Assembly (NCBI GenBank): GCA_019828565.1
Contig: JAHDYR010000038.1
Span: 264,735 to 328,734, forward strand
Source of the DNA: Carpediemonas membranifera BICM
Lineage: Eukaryota > Protista > Fornicata
Direction: 5' to 3'
Length of the DNA: 64,000 nt
The notes under the pieces are model-generated. The model searched no databases and was not told the origin of the DNA. It saw only the letters and a list, made by a program, of their open reading frames with translations. Each line of letters starts with the position of its first letter. Position 1 is the stretch's first letter. The translations under genes were made by a program, and so were the position numbers. Of this stretch, positions 36,125 to 47,216 are shown piece after piece.

Positions 36125-36370
36125 TAAACCTGACTGTTACCTGTGTGTCTGACCAGTGTTAGCATGGATCGGAGAATTCGCATCTTGCCGTGTCCAATGT
36201 GAGCCTGAGTTCCAGGTTGGGCTGCTCTGGCCGCCCATATTCTGTTCTATCGGTCAAACCTGGCAAAACCGGAGGCTTCAGTCTAGTGTATGTGCTCATC
36301 ACTGCTGGACCTCAAGGCAACCCACTCTAGACCACAGCAGCAAGCATTTCTATTGACCGCTCCACCGACT

Positions 36371-37842
36371 ATGCCATCCAGTGAAAGCATTCGGCAGGTA
36401 GGAGAGAAAGCAAAAAGCGCCCACCTGACGTCTCCCCTCTACTGCCGTCCGACGCGGCTAGCCTGGATCCCCGGAAGCCCGACTCGGCTTGGCAACAGTC
36501 AGTCGAAGAACTCCGTGGACGCCGTCCACCAGCTCCTGGCGAGATTCAACGTTCCTCGTCAACATACCATTCATCAAACGGGTCAATATCCATCCTATCC
36601 GCGGGAAAGCAGCGGAACATTCGTACTAGCGGAAGCAGCCGCCGCGGCCACCGAGACGAGATCCTGAAGTACATACAGAGCAATTCAGCACCAGTAACAC
36701 CCGTAGAGCTAGCCCGTCCCCACATATTCCCCACGGGCAAGTCTCCAAAGACGGATCCCGCGCTATCCGCCTCCCTCCTCAGCTCCCTCTCGCGCCGCTC
36801 CCCCACAACGGCCCAACCCGGCCTGCATGACACCACACCCATCCTCCGGGACGTCAGGCCTCGGTCCATGCTCTCGATGCGGACCCCGGTGCCCCCGTTG
36901 CTGGCCACGGCCACCGTACCGGGGACCGCAGTTGTGTCGGGGCTCGGGGGCACGACCAAGCCACGTAAGATGGCCAGCCCCGTGACACTGGACCCGCTGA
37001 GCTCCACTTCTCCTGCAGTTGTCGGGGGAACAAGGGCTCTGCGGACCACCCCCCTCCCTCCGACAAAGGTCTCCCGTCCACTGGCCGTCGTCCAGACCTC
37101 AGTGGCCGCACCAGTGTCCCTGGGGAAGCCCGCGGATGACCTCAAGGCAGCCCTAGCAGGCCTGCAGTCCGACGAGTGGACTCGGCAGAGTGATGGACTC
37201 AACCTGGTCAGGCGGGTCATGGAGCACTCGCCGCAGCCTTTAGTGGACAGCCCCGACCTTGTGGCACTGGTGGACTCGATATGCTCAGCGGTCGGCTCGC
37301 TCAGGAGTCGAATTGCGAAGACGGCACTCGAGGCGCTGACCGAGGTCTTCTCAGCGATAGAAGCTGTCGAGGCCAACCCACCGCTTGTGTCCAGCCGAAA
37401 GACTGTCGACACCACCCTCGAGGTCGCCCTGCACCGGGCCTGTGGAACCAACGCCTTCCTCTCAGGCCGAGCCGCCGAGTGTCTCGCCGCCGTAGCCAAG
37501 GCAGCCAAGCCAGACATCGTGGTCGGCAGCCTGCTCGCTCGGGCCCGGAGCAAGAGCGCCGCCTACCGCTACCACGTGTTGAGGGCGATGAGCCTCAGCC
37601 TGGGCCGTATGGCCGCCCTGGCCCAGTACTCCGCCGTCGACGACCTCATACAGCTCCTGGCCAATCTCATCGCTGACCAGAGTGGGCGGGTGCGGGAACA
37701 GGCCCGATGCTGCCTGCTGACGGCCCACATCATGCTCGGTCCAGAGCTCAAGGCCATGGCTAGACGGGTGCTTACCCCTGTGCAGGCGCACGAGCTCGGA
37801 CAGGCGCTGGCCCTCGCACTGGGGGCTGTGGATGGGGTGTAG
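36371..37842 (+). CDS. TOG/CLASP_N (TOGARAM/crescerin-like) HEAT-domain protein with a low-complexity N-terminus
   Basis: LQSDEWTRQSDGL..VRR, SLRSRIAKTAL, TNAFLSGRAAECL. The frame is open from 36385; ATG 36371 connects if the A5 run at 36412-36416 has one more A, otherwise the start is 36868. Confidence 0.78.
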
Positions 37843-37989
37843 CCGGGCTGTACTTCTCTCATTCTTTGATTTCTCTGAATAAAGCTTTGTCACTGGACTC
37901 GGACACCGAGCTGGGACGGGGAAAAGCGATCCTGTCCTTGCAGCTTCCTGTGATCTGCCGTATTGTCAGATTTGGCACAAGCGTGCTGA

Positions 37990-38928
37990 ATGAGCGATTC
38001 TCCGTGCGTGAAGCTTGAGGATGCCTTGCAGTGGTACTTCAGTAATGAAAACTACCAGATTGACTCGAACCTGCGAGCAAAGCTTTCTGGAGATGGCCTG
38101 ATAGCCGTTTCCGATCTTATCGCCTCATATCCCTTCAATAAGCTCAACGCCACTGCTGAGACAGTCGCAGCAGCTGTAGCAGAGTTCTCTTCTTCCATCA
38201 CACTCTCTTCCGACGGCACCCGCATCGGCCCTACCCAGCGGTGGGAGAGCGTGCCATTCCTCGGCGTCGCCATGCACATATCTGGCTTCACAGCGGCTAC
38301 TGCCCCCGCTGAGGCCGTCAAGGTTATCGAGAGCACCGGGGCGACCGCCGTCATCCCCCGCTACACCCGCTTCACTGAGACCGTCCTGCCCCTCTTCAGC
38401 AGATCCTGCTATGCTGTGTATCCGGACCAAGCTGCCGCCACAGCAGCTGCTGATACTGCAGCAGCAGCTCAGCTCACCGCTATCACGCGTCAGGCTCATA
38501 TTGAGCAACAGATGATCGCCCGTGGCAACGCCAAGGGTCTTGAGACCATGTCTGGGAAGAAGTACCCCGTGCAGGAGTACATGGCCCGGTCTGTGCTGGT
38601 GATCGAGGGCATCGGGTCCGAGTTGGAGGTGTCCAGGGAGGTTTTAGCGGAAGTTTTCGCGAAATTTGGTAAGATTTCGTTCATATCTTATGTCCGGAAT
38701 CAGGAATCGGCAGAGATCAGATTCAGTGATATTGAGGTGGCTGACGCCGCATGCGCTGCGACGAACGGCGTCCTGGAGCTCGGCGGTAAGGTCGTCAAGA
38801 CGCGGGTCATGTCCGAGGACGAGGAGACCGCGTACTACAAGCAGATTCTGAGGATAGCGGCCGGGAAGGAGGCCAAATCAAAGGCTCAAAAGGGGCAGGG
38901 CAAGAAGCGTTACAACCGGCGCCGGTAG
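37990..38928 (+). CDS. La protein (La motif, divergent RRM1, RRM2/xRRM, basic tail); La/LARP7 family
   Basis: LQWYFSNENYQIDSNL...DGLIAVSDL...FNKL (La motif); VSREVLAEVFAKFGKISFISYVR...AEIRF...EDEETAYYKQI (RRM2 with alpha3 helix). Confidence 0.88.
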   Translation: MSDSPCVKLEDALQWYFSNENYQIDSNLRAKLSGDGLIAVSDLIASYPFNKLNATAETVAAAVAEFSSSITLSSDGTRIGPTQRWESVPFLGVAMHISGFTAATAPAEAVKVIESTGATAVIPRYTRFTETVLPLFSRSCYAVYPDQAAATAAADTAAAAQLTAITRQAHIEQQMIARGNAKGLETMSGKKYPVQEYMARSVLVIEGIGSELEVSREVLAEVFAKFGKISFISYVRNQESAEIRFSDIEVADAACAATNGVLELGGKVVKTRVMSEDEETAYYKQILRIAAGKEAKSKAQKGQGKKRYNRRR

Positions 38929-39100
38929 AGTCGGGTGTGTCATAAACTGCGGTTAGAGTGTGGTGGCAGTTGTAGTGTAGCTCTACGGACAGACACTTGA
39001 CCACCTATGCCAAAAGGTACCCACCAACCCACACTCTACTAGTGGCGGAGGTGGGCTGTCTGACGTCGGTGCAGCTTAAGGTTCAATCGACGGGACAGAC

Positions 39101-39896
39101 ATGAACTCGCAGACAGTGAAGTATAAGGCTGAGAACAACAGCGTATACGAAGTTCTCATTAAGGTATGTTGAATTGTCCATCCATTTCTTACGACAGAAC
39201 GCGACGATCCTCGAATATCGCAGAGGCGCCAAGAAGGCGTCAGACATTCTCATTGTCGATGATATCTTCACAAACGCACAGAACGGCGATCTTGCCAACG
39301 TTGCCGAGCTCGAGGCTGCGTTCAACACCTCTAACAAGGCGGAGATGCTCGAGGTCATTCTCCAAAAGGGCCATGCGCCCCTCACCACAGCCGAACGCGC
39401 CCAAGTCGTCAAGGAGAAGCGTGAGCAGATCCTCGGGTACATTCAGCGCTACTTCGTCTCCCCCGTGAACGGCCTGCCCCACCCTATGACCCGCATAGAG
39501 GCCGCCGTCGAGTCTACCAAGTGCAGATTCGACCACGAGAAGCCGACAGACGTCCAGCGCGATGCTGTGCTTAAAAAGCTCCAGGGCATCCTCCCTCTCC
39601 GCAAGATGGAGATGGAGATCGAGCTCCGCATCCCTACGGGCAAGATGGGGTCGGTCTCCGGCATCATATACAGCACCGGGCAGGTTAAGAACGAGAGCTG
39701 GAAGGGTGGCGAGTGGGAGGGCACTGTGACGATCGTTCCCGGTGAGTATGACTCATTTATTGGGAAGCTGCAGAAGGTGCTCAAGGACGACCTCGACTAC
39801 AACCTGCCTGGGTTCGACATGCACGCCAAGGAGGACGACGGGACCAAGGGCAAGGCGAAGGGGAAGGGTAAGGGCAAGAACAAGGGCAAGCGCTAG
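39101..39896 (+). CDS. SBDS: SBDS/Sdo1-family ribosome maturation protein (253 aa), one 34 nt intron at 39164-39197
   Basis: Spliced N-terminus MNSQTVKYKAENNSVYEVLIK|NATILEYRRG; DIFTNAQNGDLA, ILQKG..PLT.AER, PHPMTRIEAA. Intron GTATGT...GACAG restores the frame. Confidence 0.92.
39164..39197 (+). other. Spliceosomal intron, 34 nt (SBDS)
   Basis: GTATGT...CTTACGACAG; removal restores the conserved N-terminus. Confidence 0.9.
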
Positions 39897-40151
39897 ATAT
39901 GTGAACAGTAAATGGCCACCTCTTTGTGACACAGAACTGAGTGAGGTTAGGATGGGCAGCCCGTGGTGGTTGAGTCATACCATCACCTGGTCGAGGCCGG
40001 TTGACAGGCGAGGCAAGCAACCGGACCGCCCTGGGGCACCGGTAATCCGCAGATAAATGATGAGTGTGGTGCTTGGTGTGACGAACCAAATGGAGAGGAA
40101 GCAGCTCTGTTTATGAATGAATCAAATAGTGCAGGCTAAGGCCACTGGGCG

Positions 40152-40578
40152 TCACATTGGCCTTCCTGCACAGGTCGTGCACGCTGGGTCCAAGAACCTC
40201 GCGATGGTGGTGCGGTCGACCCGACTGCGGGTTGACGGGGAAGGAGGCAGCGAGAGTGAACAGAGAGACGGCAACATGGAGAACGAGCTGGCAGGGTCAA
40301 GCTGCTCCGACCGAGCATCCATCGCACCGCTAGAACAGACCTTTACTCCGTACTCATTCCACGTATGGCCGCAGCTGCACCTCATGTGCTGGCACCCGCC
40401 ATCCTTGTAGTAGCGTACGCCGCACCCGGGACAGCGGCGTTAGCCCAGTCAGTTCGCCAGCATCTCGTCGTAGTGCTCGCAGCTGCCGGTCGTGGATGCC
40501 GGGTTGTCGTGGCCGAGGCAGAGCGATAGCAGTGGGGGCATGCGAATGCACGCTGCTGGAGTGATACATGGACTCATG
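40152..40578 (-). pseudogene. Fragment of an RBR (RING-between-RING) E3 ligase, RING2/Rcat region, with in-frame stops
   Basis: One frame reads SCEHYDEMLAN*LG*RRCPGCGVRYYKDGGCQHMRCSCGHTW, matching CP.C.....K..GC.HM.C.CG. Stops at 40449-40451 and 40440-40442. Confidence 0.7.
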
Positions 40579-40613
40579 TAACAATGTAACGGAATGAACC
40601 ATCCGACGACCAA

Positions 40614-43310
40614 ATGTTTGCCTTGAGCTCGACGATAAAACGGGCCACACGCAAGCGAATTACTGCGATGGTATACAATGCAACTCGATTCGAGCTCGCG
40701 GTGGGCTCTGAGGCCGGTGAAGTGAACGTTTTCAGCTATGACCCCACAATCACGCCAGAAGGAAGCCCCGGCTGTCTTGTGAAGTCCGTTGAGCCATTCT
40801 CGTTTGCTGGACAGACGTCTGGTGCGGTCACTGGCATCCTATCCCTCGTAGATGACACCTCTCACAGCGCCTACATCTTCTGCACCCTCAACGGGAACAT
40901 ATTCCTCCTGAACGCGCTCCCTGACGCCACAACAGACATCATGCAGCGCATAGATGTGCATAATGTGGCCTATTCGCTGGCCTACGACTATCGCTCCAGG
41001 AAACTACTGGTCGGGTCGAAAGAGGTCGTCTATGCCTATAGAAAGATCAAGAAACCGCGACTAGGGTCAACGGAGCTGTTTGAAAACTCGCCTGTACAAG
41101 AAATTAGAATAGCACCACCATTATCGAATCTTCAAATCACGAATCTTGTCTGTCTCGACGGGATTCTGTTTGCCAGCTCGGGGAATACGATCGGGAGAAC
41201 GAGCCTGCTGTCGGCCGAACCGATAATACTAGAGCTGAACCAGCACACCCACGCAGTCACGGATCTTGTCATCGATCATGTAGATTCTCTAGTCATATCT
41301 TGCGGTCACGACGCCGGCCTCCATGTCTGGACCGGCGAGGGTCGTCTTTCAGTCAGTAGCCACGTCCCATTCGGCGTCAGCCACGTCGCCTATCTCTTCC
41401 ACACAGGACTTATCATGGCGACGGACGTCCGCGGGTCCATTCATTTCCTCGACCCGCGCGTGAGTCGGGCAGTCATACGTGCTGTGGCCTTTCCCGAGGT
41501 CCACGGACGGGCGTCGATAATACACGCCCCGCCTGCCGCGCCCAGTGATTTATTTATGGTCGTCGGATCAACATTCATCAACCATTATAAGTACAAGCTC
41601 GACCGGCCATGCGCTGTGCTCAGACCGCTCTCAATCGCCACCAAGTTGCTCAGAGTACCAATAGCGGGCGAGTTTATCTTATCAATGGCCACAGAAGGCA
41701 CCATCCAGCGCTGGGAGAGGAACCTGTGCAAGTTTGACATGCACGACTCCGTCTGGACCAAAGCTAGAGGCGGTATCGCGTGTGCCTGCTGGGTCCCGCA
41801 GCACCAGATCATCGTGCTCGGTCTCGATAACCACTGTGTTCAAATGGTCGATTTTACTTGGCACACCATTGATTTTATTGACAACGAGGCCGAGATGCAG
41901 GCCCGGCTAAACATGCGAAAGTCCAGGAGTCGACAAATATCAGGCCTCACCCCCCAAGCAAGCCTCGCCTCCCTTCCCGCAGTCAGCGCGGGCAGTCCTG
42001 GCAGGCCCCCTCTCGACCGGGCCGCGACTTTTACCTCAGGATTCGACCAGACAAGAAGGGTATCGCCCACACGACGGCCCAAGTCGCCCCTGCACATGTT
42101 GAATCAGATCATGCGCGGAGCTGACCTCATTAAGTCCATTGGTATCGCTGCGGCGACTGAGGGCCAAGCCAAGCCTTCCGTGACAAAAGATGAGGTATTT
42201 GTGGTCGACCCGATAATCGGATCACATCCGGTCCAGATTACTGCAGTTACCACACTGGACGGTCAAGCTTACACGGGAGATATGCACGGGACCGTCATGG
42301 TTTGGGATATCGTCAACAAGGAGCGGACCGACGTGTGGGATGGTGTGGTCGATGAGTGTATCGCGTCCATGGCGTCTGATCCATCGGGGGGATTCATTGC
42401 GGTCGCCAGCGAGGACGGCCGTGTCACTGTCACCGACGCCGACGGTCGAGCGATTCTTTTGTTGATTGGCCACGAGGGTCCTGTGTGTCAAGTGATCAAT
42501 GACGCCCACCGCCAGCTTTGGGTCACAACAGGTGTGGACGGCAACGTCATTGCCTGGCGCCGCGACGGCTCCATCTCTAGCCGGCTTAGGGCAGTCAGGG
42601 AGCCGTTCGAGCAGGGCCTGTGTCTGACGAAGATGCATTCTGACATGTATCTGATCGGCTGCTCCACGGGCAACATTCATGCCATCTCCTGGCGTGGCGA
42701 TGAGCTTGTCTTCTCGCAGTCGTTCCAGGGGCACACAGCACCTCTGACCGATCTGATCTTCCTTCCGGGGACCAGTGAAATTCTCTCGGCCGCTATGGAC
42801 GAGACGATGATGCTCTGGACCGTCACGGATCAGGAGGCTGAGCACGAGGCCATTGTACGGTCTAGGCTGATGGATAAGGCGAGCCATGCCCTGGTCAGCG
42901 CGGCGGAAGAGGATGATGAGATCGCGGAGCTGCGGCGAAAGTATCCCTCGGCATTCAAGGAGGCCCAGCCCGGTTCCGACGGCACCATCCGCTGGTTCGA
43001 GCCAAAACAGAAGGCTGCCACACTCAGATCAAGCAGGACTGACCGCTCGCTGAAACTTCCGACAATGCCGATGGTCCAGAGATTCCCGAGGAACAGGATA
43101 TGGTCCAGAGAAGGAACCAGGGCCGGTACCCAGTCGAGCCTTGGGTTCAGGCGGGAGGAGAAGTCGCTGCTGCCTGCTGGAGCGGGGGGGCCAACCAGGG
43201 CTGGTGCCCAGTCGTCCCTGGGGAGTCGGACAGACGATTTGCTCAGCAGGCGCAGAGGCGGGCTGCCGACACACAGGGTGGGCGGCACCTGGAGAGGCAG
43301 GCTCGACTGA
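40614..43310 (+). CDS. WD40-repeat protein (two propeller regions, disordered basic tail), 898 aa
   Basis: HTHAVTDL...ISCGHDAGLHVW, GHEGPVCQV...TTGVDGNVIAW, GHTAPLTDL...LSAAMDETMMLW. Confidence 0.85.
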   Translation: MFALSSTIKRATRKRITAMVYNATRFELAVGSEAGEVNVFSYDPTITPEGSPGCLVKSVEPFSFAGQTSGAVTGILSLVDDTSHSAYIFCTLNGNIFLLNALPDATTDIMQRIDVHNVAYSLAYDYRSRKLLVGSKEVVYAYRKIKKPRLGSTELFENSPVQEIRIAPPLSNLQITNLVCLDGILFASSGNTIGRTSLLSAEPIILELNQHTHAVTDLVIDHVDSLVISCGHDAGLHVWTGEGRLSVSSHVPFGVSHVAYLFHTGLIMATDVRGSIHFLDPRVSRAVIRAVAFPEVHGRASIIHAPPAAPSDLFMVVGSTFINHYKYKLDRPCAVLRPLSIATKLLRVPIAGEFILSMATEGTIQRWERNLCKFDMHDSVWTKARGGIACACWVPQHQIIVLGLDNHCVQMVDFTWHTIDFIDNEAEMQARLNMRKSRSRQISGLTPQASLASLPAVSAGSPGRPPLDRAATFTSGFDQTRRVSPTRRPKSPLHMLNQIMRGADLIKSIGIAAATEGQAKPSVTKDEVFVVDPIIGSHPVQITAVTTLDGQAYTGDMHGTVMVWDIVNKERTDVWDGVVDECIASMASDPSGGFIAVASEDGRVTVTDADGRAILLLIGHEGPVCQVINDAHRQLWVTTGVDGNVIAWRRDGSISSRLRAVREPFEQGLCLTKMHSDMYLIGCSTGNIHAISWRGDELVFSQSFQGHTAPLTDLIFLPGTSEILSAAMDETMMLWTVTDQEAEHEAIVRSRLMDKASHALVSAAEEDDEIAELRRKYPSAFKEAQPGSDGTIRWFEPKQKAATLRSSRTDRSLKLPTMPMVQRFPRNRIWSREGTRAGTQSSLGFRREEKSLLPAGAGGPTRAGAQSSLGSRTDDLLSRRRGGLPTHRVGGTWRGRLD

Positions 43311-44346
43311 TACTGTGTCGACTGGGAGGTTGTTAACGCGCGCATCATCCAATCAAAAATTGAGGTTTTGAGTGTTTTTTGAGAATTGGTGAGAAAGTCA
43401 TGGGCAACGGCTCTAATGCTTCTCTAAGCGCAACATCGATCAAAGAGGATACCAATTTTGACCGTGCCACTGATGCGACCACTGATGGCCGCCTTACAAC
43501 CGGTCGCATAGGAATGCTGAAGGGCGCTAACCCCATCTTCTTCAGGTAAATGCTAGCTGAGAATCCAATTGAAATGCTGGTTAGATGATCTTTGACCGCT
43601 TGGTTTGCTCTGATTCGGATGATTCAATCTCAGATTCGCGTTGATACATGGCACTTCGGATTTGAGGTCAGCTCATTCGTCCGCAACTGGCAGGAGGGGC
43701 AGCGGGACACGACTGGAGCTCCATCCACTTCACCACAACCTGCTCAGATCAGTCTCGCCGCAAAACCGCTATGTGTATTTTCGAAAGCAACACATCCATT
43801 CGTTCCTTAATACCGTACCATGGGACAAGGTCCAGCTATTCATGCTCCACTAGAGATTGATAACACCATTATAGAAGAGGACAGCCGTAAAGGCGGTGTT
43901 GGAGGCGTTAAGGGCAACCCGAGAATTTTGCCCTTCTGAGTAGTAGGCCAAGGAAGAGATAAAGCAGGCATACTTACATGCGTCGTGCGTTATATTCATG
44001 CACGCATCTCAAGATGACTTGTGCGTGGCCTTGCCTCACTTATCCCATCATACCGCCAAGACAGAGCTTAATATGTCGAGACAGCGCCTGATGATCGAAT
44101 TCGCAACAAGATGTGAAGCTCTGCATAAGGACCACTCCCACAGATGCGCCAGGCTGTGCTGATTCTGCAAACATGCAGACTGCGTTGACCGAGCATGAGA
44201 CGCTAGAGAATCAAGAATCGCAGGATGAGACCAATCACGTCAGTTGTGATGGCCGTAGGTCTAGTGACGATTGCATTAAACGCGGTGGAAGCCTTTCAAC
44301 CAGGAAGTGATGCAGTTGAACGAGAAACCACACTGCACAATGTTTA

Positions 44347-46900
44347 TCAATCACTAGCGTCGGCCTCGTCGTCGTTATCAGAGTGAACGCCCATCTCCAC
44401 GTCCTTCACCTCTCTGTGTCTCACCCGGGCCTGGCGCTCCATTTCCCTCATCTCAGTCTTGCGCTCGTGCTCCATGCGCTTTCGCTCCTCCTTGGCCTCA
44501 GCCTCCTCCTCGAGCTTGCTCATGATGCCCCGCACCGACATGTCCTGGATGTCAAGGCCGTCCCTTGCCTTACGGACCCATTTCTTTAGCCCGGTGCTCA
44601 TGAGGAGGTCTTCAGTATCGTGCTTGGCTTTGATCGTGCTCTCGTCGAAGATGTCAAGAAGAGTCTTCTTGGCAGCCTCGTCGAACTCGACGCCCTCATC
44701 CTCAAGGATGCTGATCGCAGCCTCCAGCTTCTTATGACTCTGGCTCTTCGTGGTGTTCAGCATGGCAGACATTTGCTTACGAGTGTCGCTGAGGTCGTTG
44801 TTGGACGCCGCCAAGTCGGCCCTGACCCGCGTCCAGAGTCCCCATGCGAGGTAGAGGAAGGAGGCTACAAGAACGAGAGTGGGGGCGAGGAGAACGGGGT
44901 TGAACAGCTCCTCGAAGATGTCATACCATGTGATGGTCGAACTCTTGACCCAAGGGATTACCTTCTGCTCGAGGTAGTTAGTAAACGTCTTCCACCCCGA
45001 CCCGTGCTCGACGAACGGGCCGCATTGCTCGTTGTCGCCCTTGCCGACCCAGAGCATGAATAGACAGAGCGGGACGGTGCAGGCGAAGAGCGTGGCGAGC
45101 ACGGTTCCGTTGACGTAAGTGTCGATCTTGTCAGCAGGCCATGCCTTCTTCTCGGGGCCGTTAGTGTACTTGGTGATCCAGTAGAGCAGGTAGAAGAGAA
45201 GGATGCTCGAAACAGCGCCGAGGATGGCGTTACCGGGGCCTAGGAGGCAACCGATCCAGATCAGGGCCTGGCGGTAGGACGTGTCGACAACAGAGGCGCC
45301 GATGGGGACGGGATCCTTGTCGCGACGGAGGACGATGGGGATAAGGTTGGGAGCCACAGCGAATACGACCGTCAGGACGAAATCTGATACGATCTGAGTA
45401 GCCATTGATTCGCTGAGACCCAAGGTAGGGCATGTGTTGGTGTTCTCGGACACCACGTCGCTTGAGCTCACGTTGATGTCAATAACGGAAAACAGCTCAT
45501 AAACGAGCATGGCTGGATGAGAGAGGGTGGGGAGGGTACAAACCGAGAGACGTCGCCTTCACCAGCCACATGCGGGCGAGCGTGATGGCCATGCGGGTTG
45601 ACTGGTCGTGCCAGCGCTCGATCTCAGCGATACCGCGCACAGCAATGGGGGCTACGTTCGTGACCACCTGGATGACGAGGGATGAGCCGAGCTTGACGAC
45701 GTAGAGGTCGGAGGACTGGGAGACCTGCACGCAGAGTAGGACGGCCACGGCGGTGCCGATAACGACGATGCACGAGAAGATGAAGCCAACGGTACGGAGG
45801 GACCACTCCATCAGGGTAACGGGGAGGCTGCGCTTCGCGATGGTTACTTCGATACGGCGAGCCTCGCACATTTCCTTAAAGTGCATACCAAGACGACGGT
45901 TGAGTTCATCGACGGCGGACTTGTTTGACAGGGAGTGGTTCCACGAGCCAAAGACGAGCGAACAGTTGGGGAAGCGCTCGTTCTTGCTGATAGAACCGGT
46001 ATTAGACATGACGAGGCCCTTCTTCAGCCACATGAGCAAGGCGACGTATGACAGGGCAAACGTGAGGATGCAAGCAATAATCCAGAGCGCACCGATCGGA
46101 ACGCCTCGGATCTCGTCCATGATGGTTTCCATCCAGCCACCGACGACGGGGAACTTCTCGACCCAGTCCAGGGGGTAGTGGGACCACTGGATGATGGAGG
46201 AGGTGCCGTACCCCGAGTAGAAGAGGGGCGTGCGGGCGTACCAGGCGGAAGAGACCCAGTCCCACCAGGTCATGCCGTCGAAGTTGTCGAGCCAGTTCTT
46301 GGCGAACAGGCCGAAGAAGAGGACGGGGAGCCAGATGAAAGCAATCCAAGTGTTGAGCAGAGCCATGTCGCGCTGGAAGGAGAAGAAGGTAAGCACGCCA
46401 GTGCCGAACCGACCCTCGATCTCCTTGAGCTGCTTACGCATGATGGGCAGGCTTTCAGACTTCTTGCTGCTCCGATCGCGCCACCAGACCCGAAGACGGT
46501 GGAGTGCACGACGCCATTTGGACTTAGAGGCCTGGCGACGGCGGGACATGGCGCGCTTCTGCTTACCGTTGTTGTTGTAGGCGTCGCGGACGACCAACTT
46601 CATCAGAATAGGCCAAGGAATGCCTGAGATCCGGGCGGCATCGTGGATCTCCATCATGCTGAGGCCTGAGAAGACTGTACCGCCATCTAATGCAGACATA
46701 GTGGAAAGAGAAGTTCCAGGCCGCGTAACTTTGCCGGTATCAGGGGGCATATCGGCTTCATTCGCTGTGCCAAGGTCTTCCTCGAGAATGGGGCCATCCA
46801 ACTCCGTATTCGAAGCATCAGGGACGTATGTATGCTGGCTTACAACAATTGCATCGTCGAGGCTTTCAATATCGTCTTCGCAAACGACTCGCTCCGACAT
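44347..46900 (-). CDS. TMC: Transmembrane channel-like (TMC) protein, 840 aa, one 31 nt intron at 45513-45543
   Basis: LKEIEGRFGTGVLTFFSFQRDMALLN, LFYSGY, VFGSWNH, YRQALIWIG, CGPF. Removing GTTTGT...CATCCAG fuses ORFs 45497..46900 and 44347..45510 in frame. Confidence 0.9.
45513..45543 (-). other. Spliceosomal intron, 31 nt (TMC)
   Basis: GTTTGT...CTCATCCAG; removal gives an in-frame fusion. Confidence 0.88.
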
Positions 46901-47216
46901 TTCGGAAGTTGGGAAACTGCCGAACTGCGCTAAACTGCGCTAAATCGGCTTTTGCATTAATCGGTATGTTTGACTGAGTCAAGCCGGTGACTGGCATGCT
47001 CCTCGTGTGGGTCAATATTGTTCGAGTTGTGTCATGAACAATCCTTGATCCACCTACCAAATCCAAGCGATTTGCGTACTCTGCGTAAAAAATCTCAAGT
47101 GCACAGAAGAAGAAACACTGGCGCCTCATCCCAGTGTTCGTTGGAAACGTCCGAGCGCTGGGACATAAAGGGCATTTGGGATGCACTGCTGGGTATAAAG
47201 TGAATAAATTACATAT

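Noticed and set aside
40440-40451. Possible stop-codon reassignment (TAA=Gln as in hexamitids, or TGA=Sec) in the RBR fragment
   Set aside because: TAA, TAG and TGA all end conserved genes in this window (PITP, SBDS, TMC); pseudogene decay is simpler.
43400-43853. Possible small spliced gene starting MGNGS with a GTAAAT donor at 43546
   Set aside because: Needs an atypical 88 nt intron and gives no recognisable protein.
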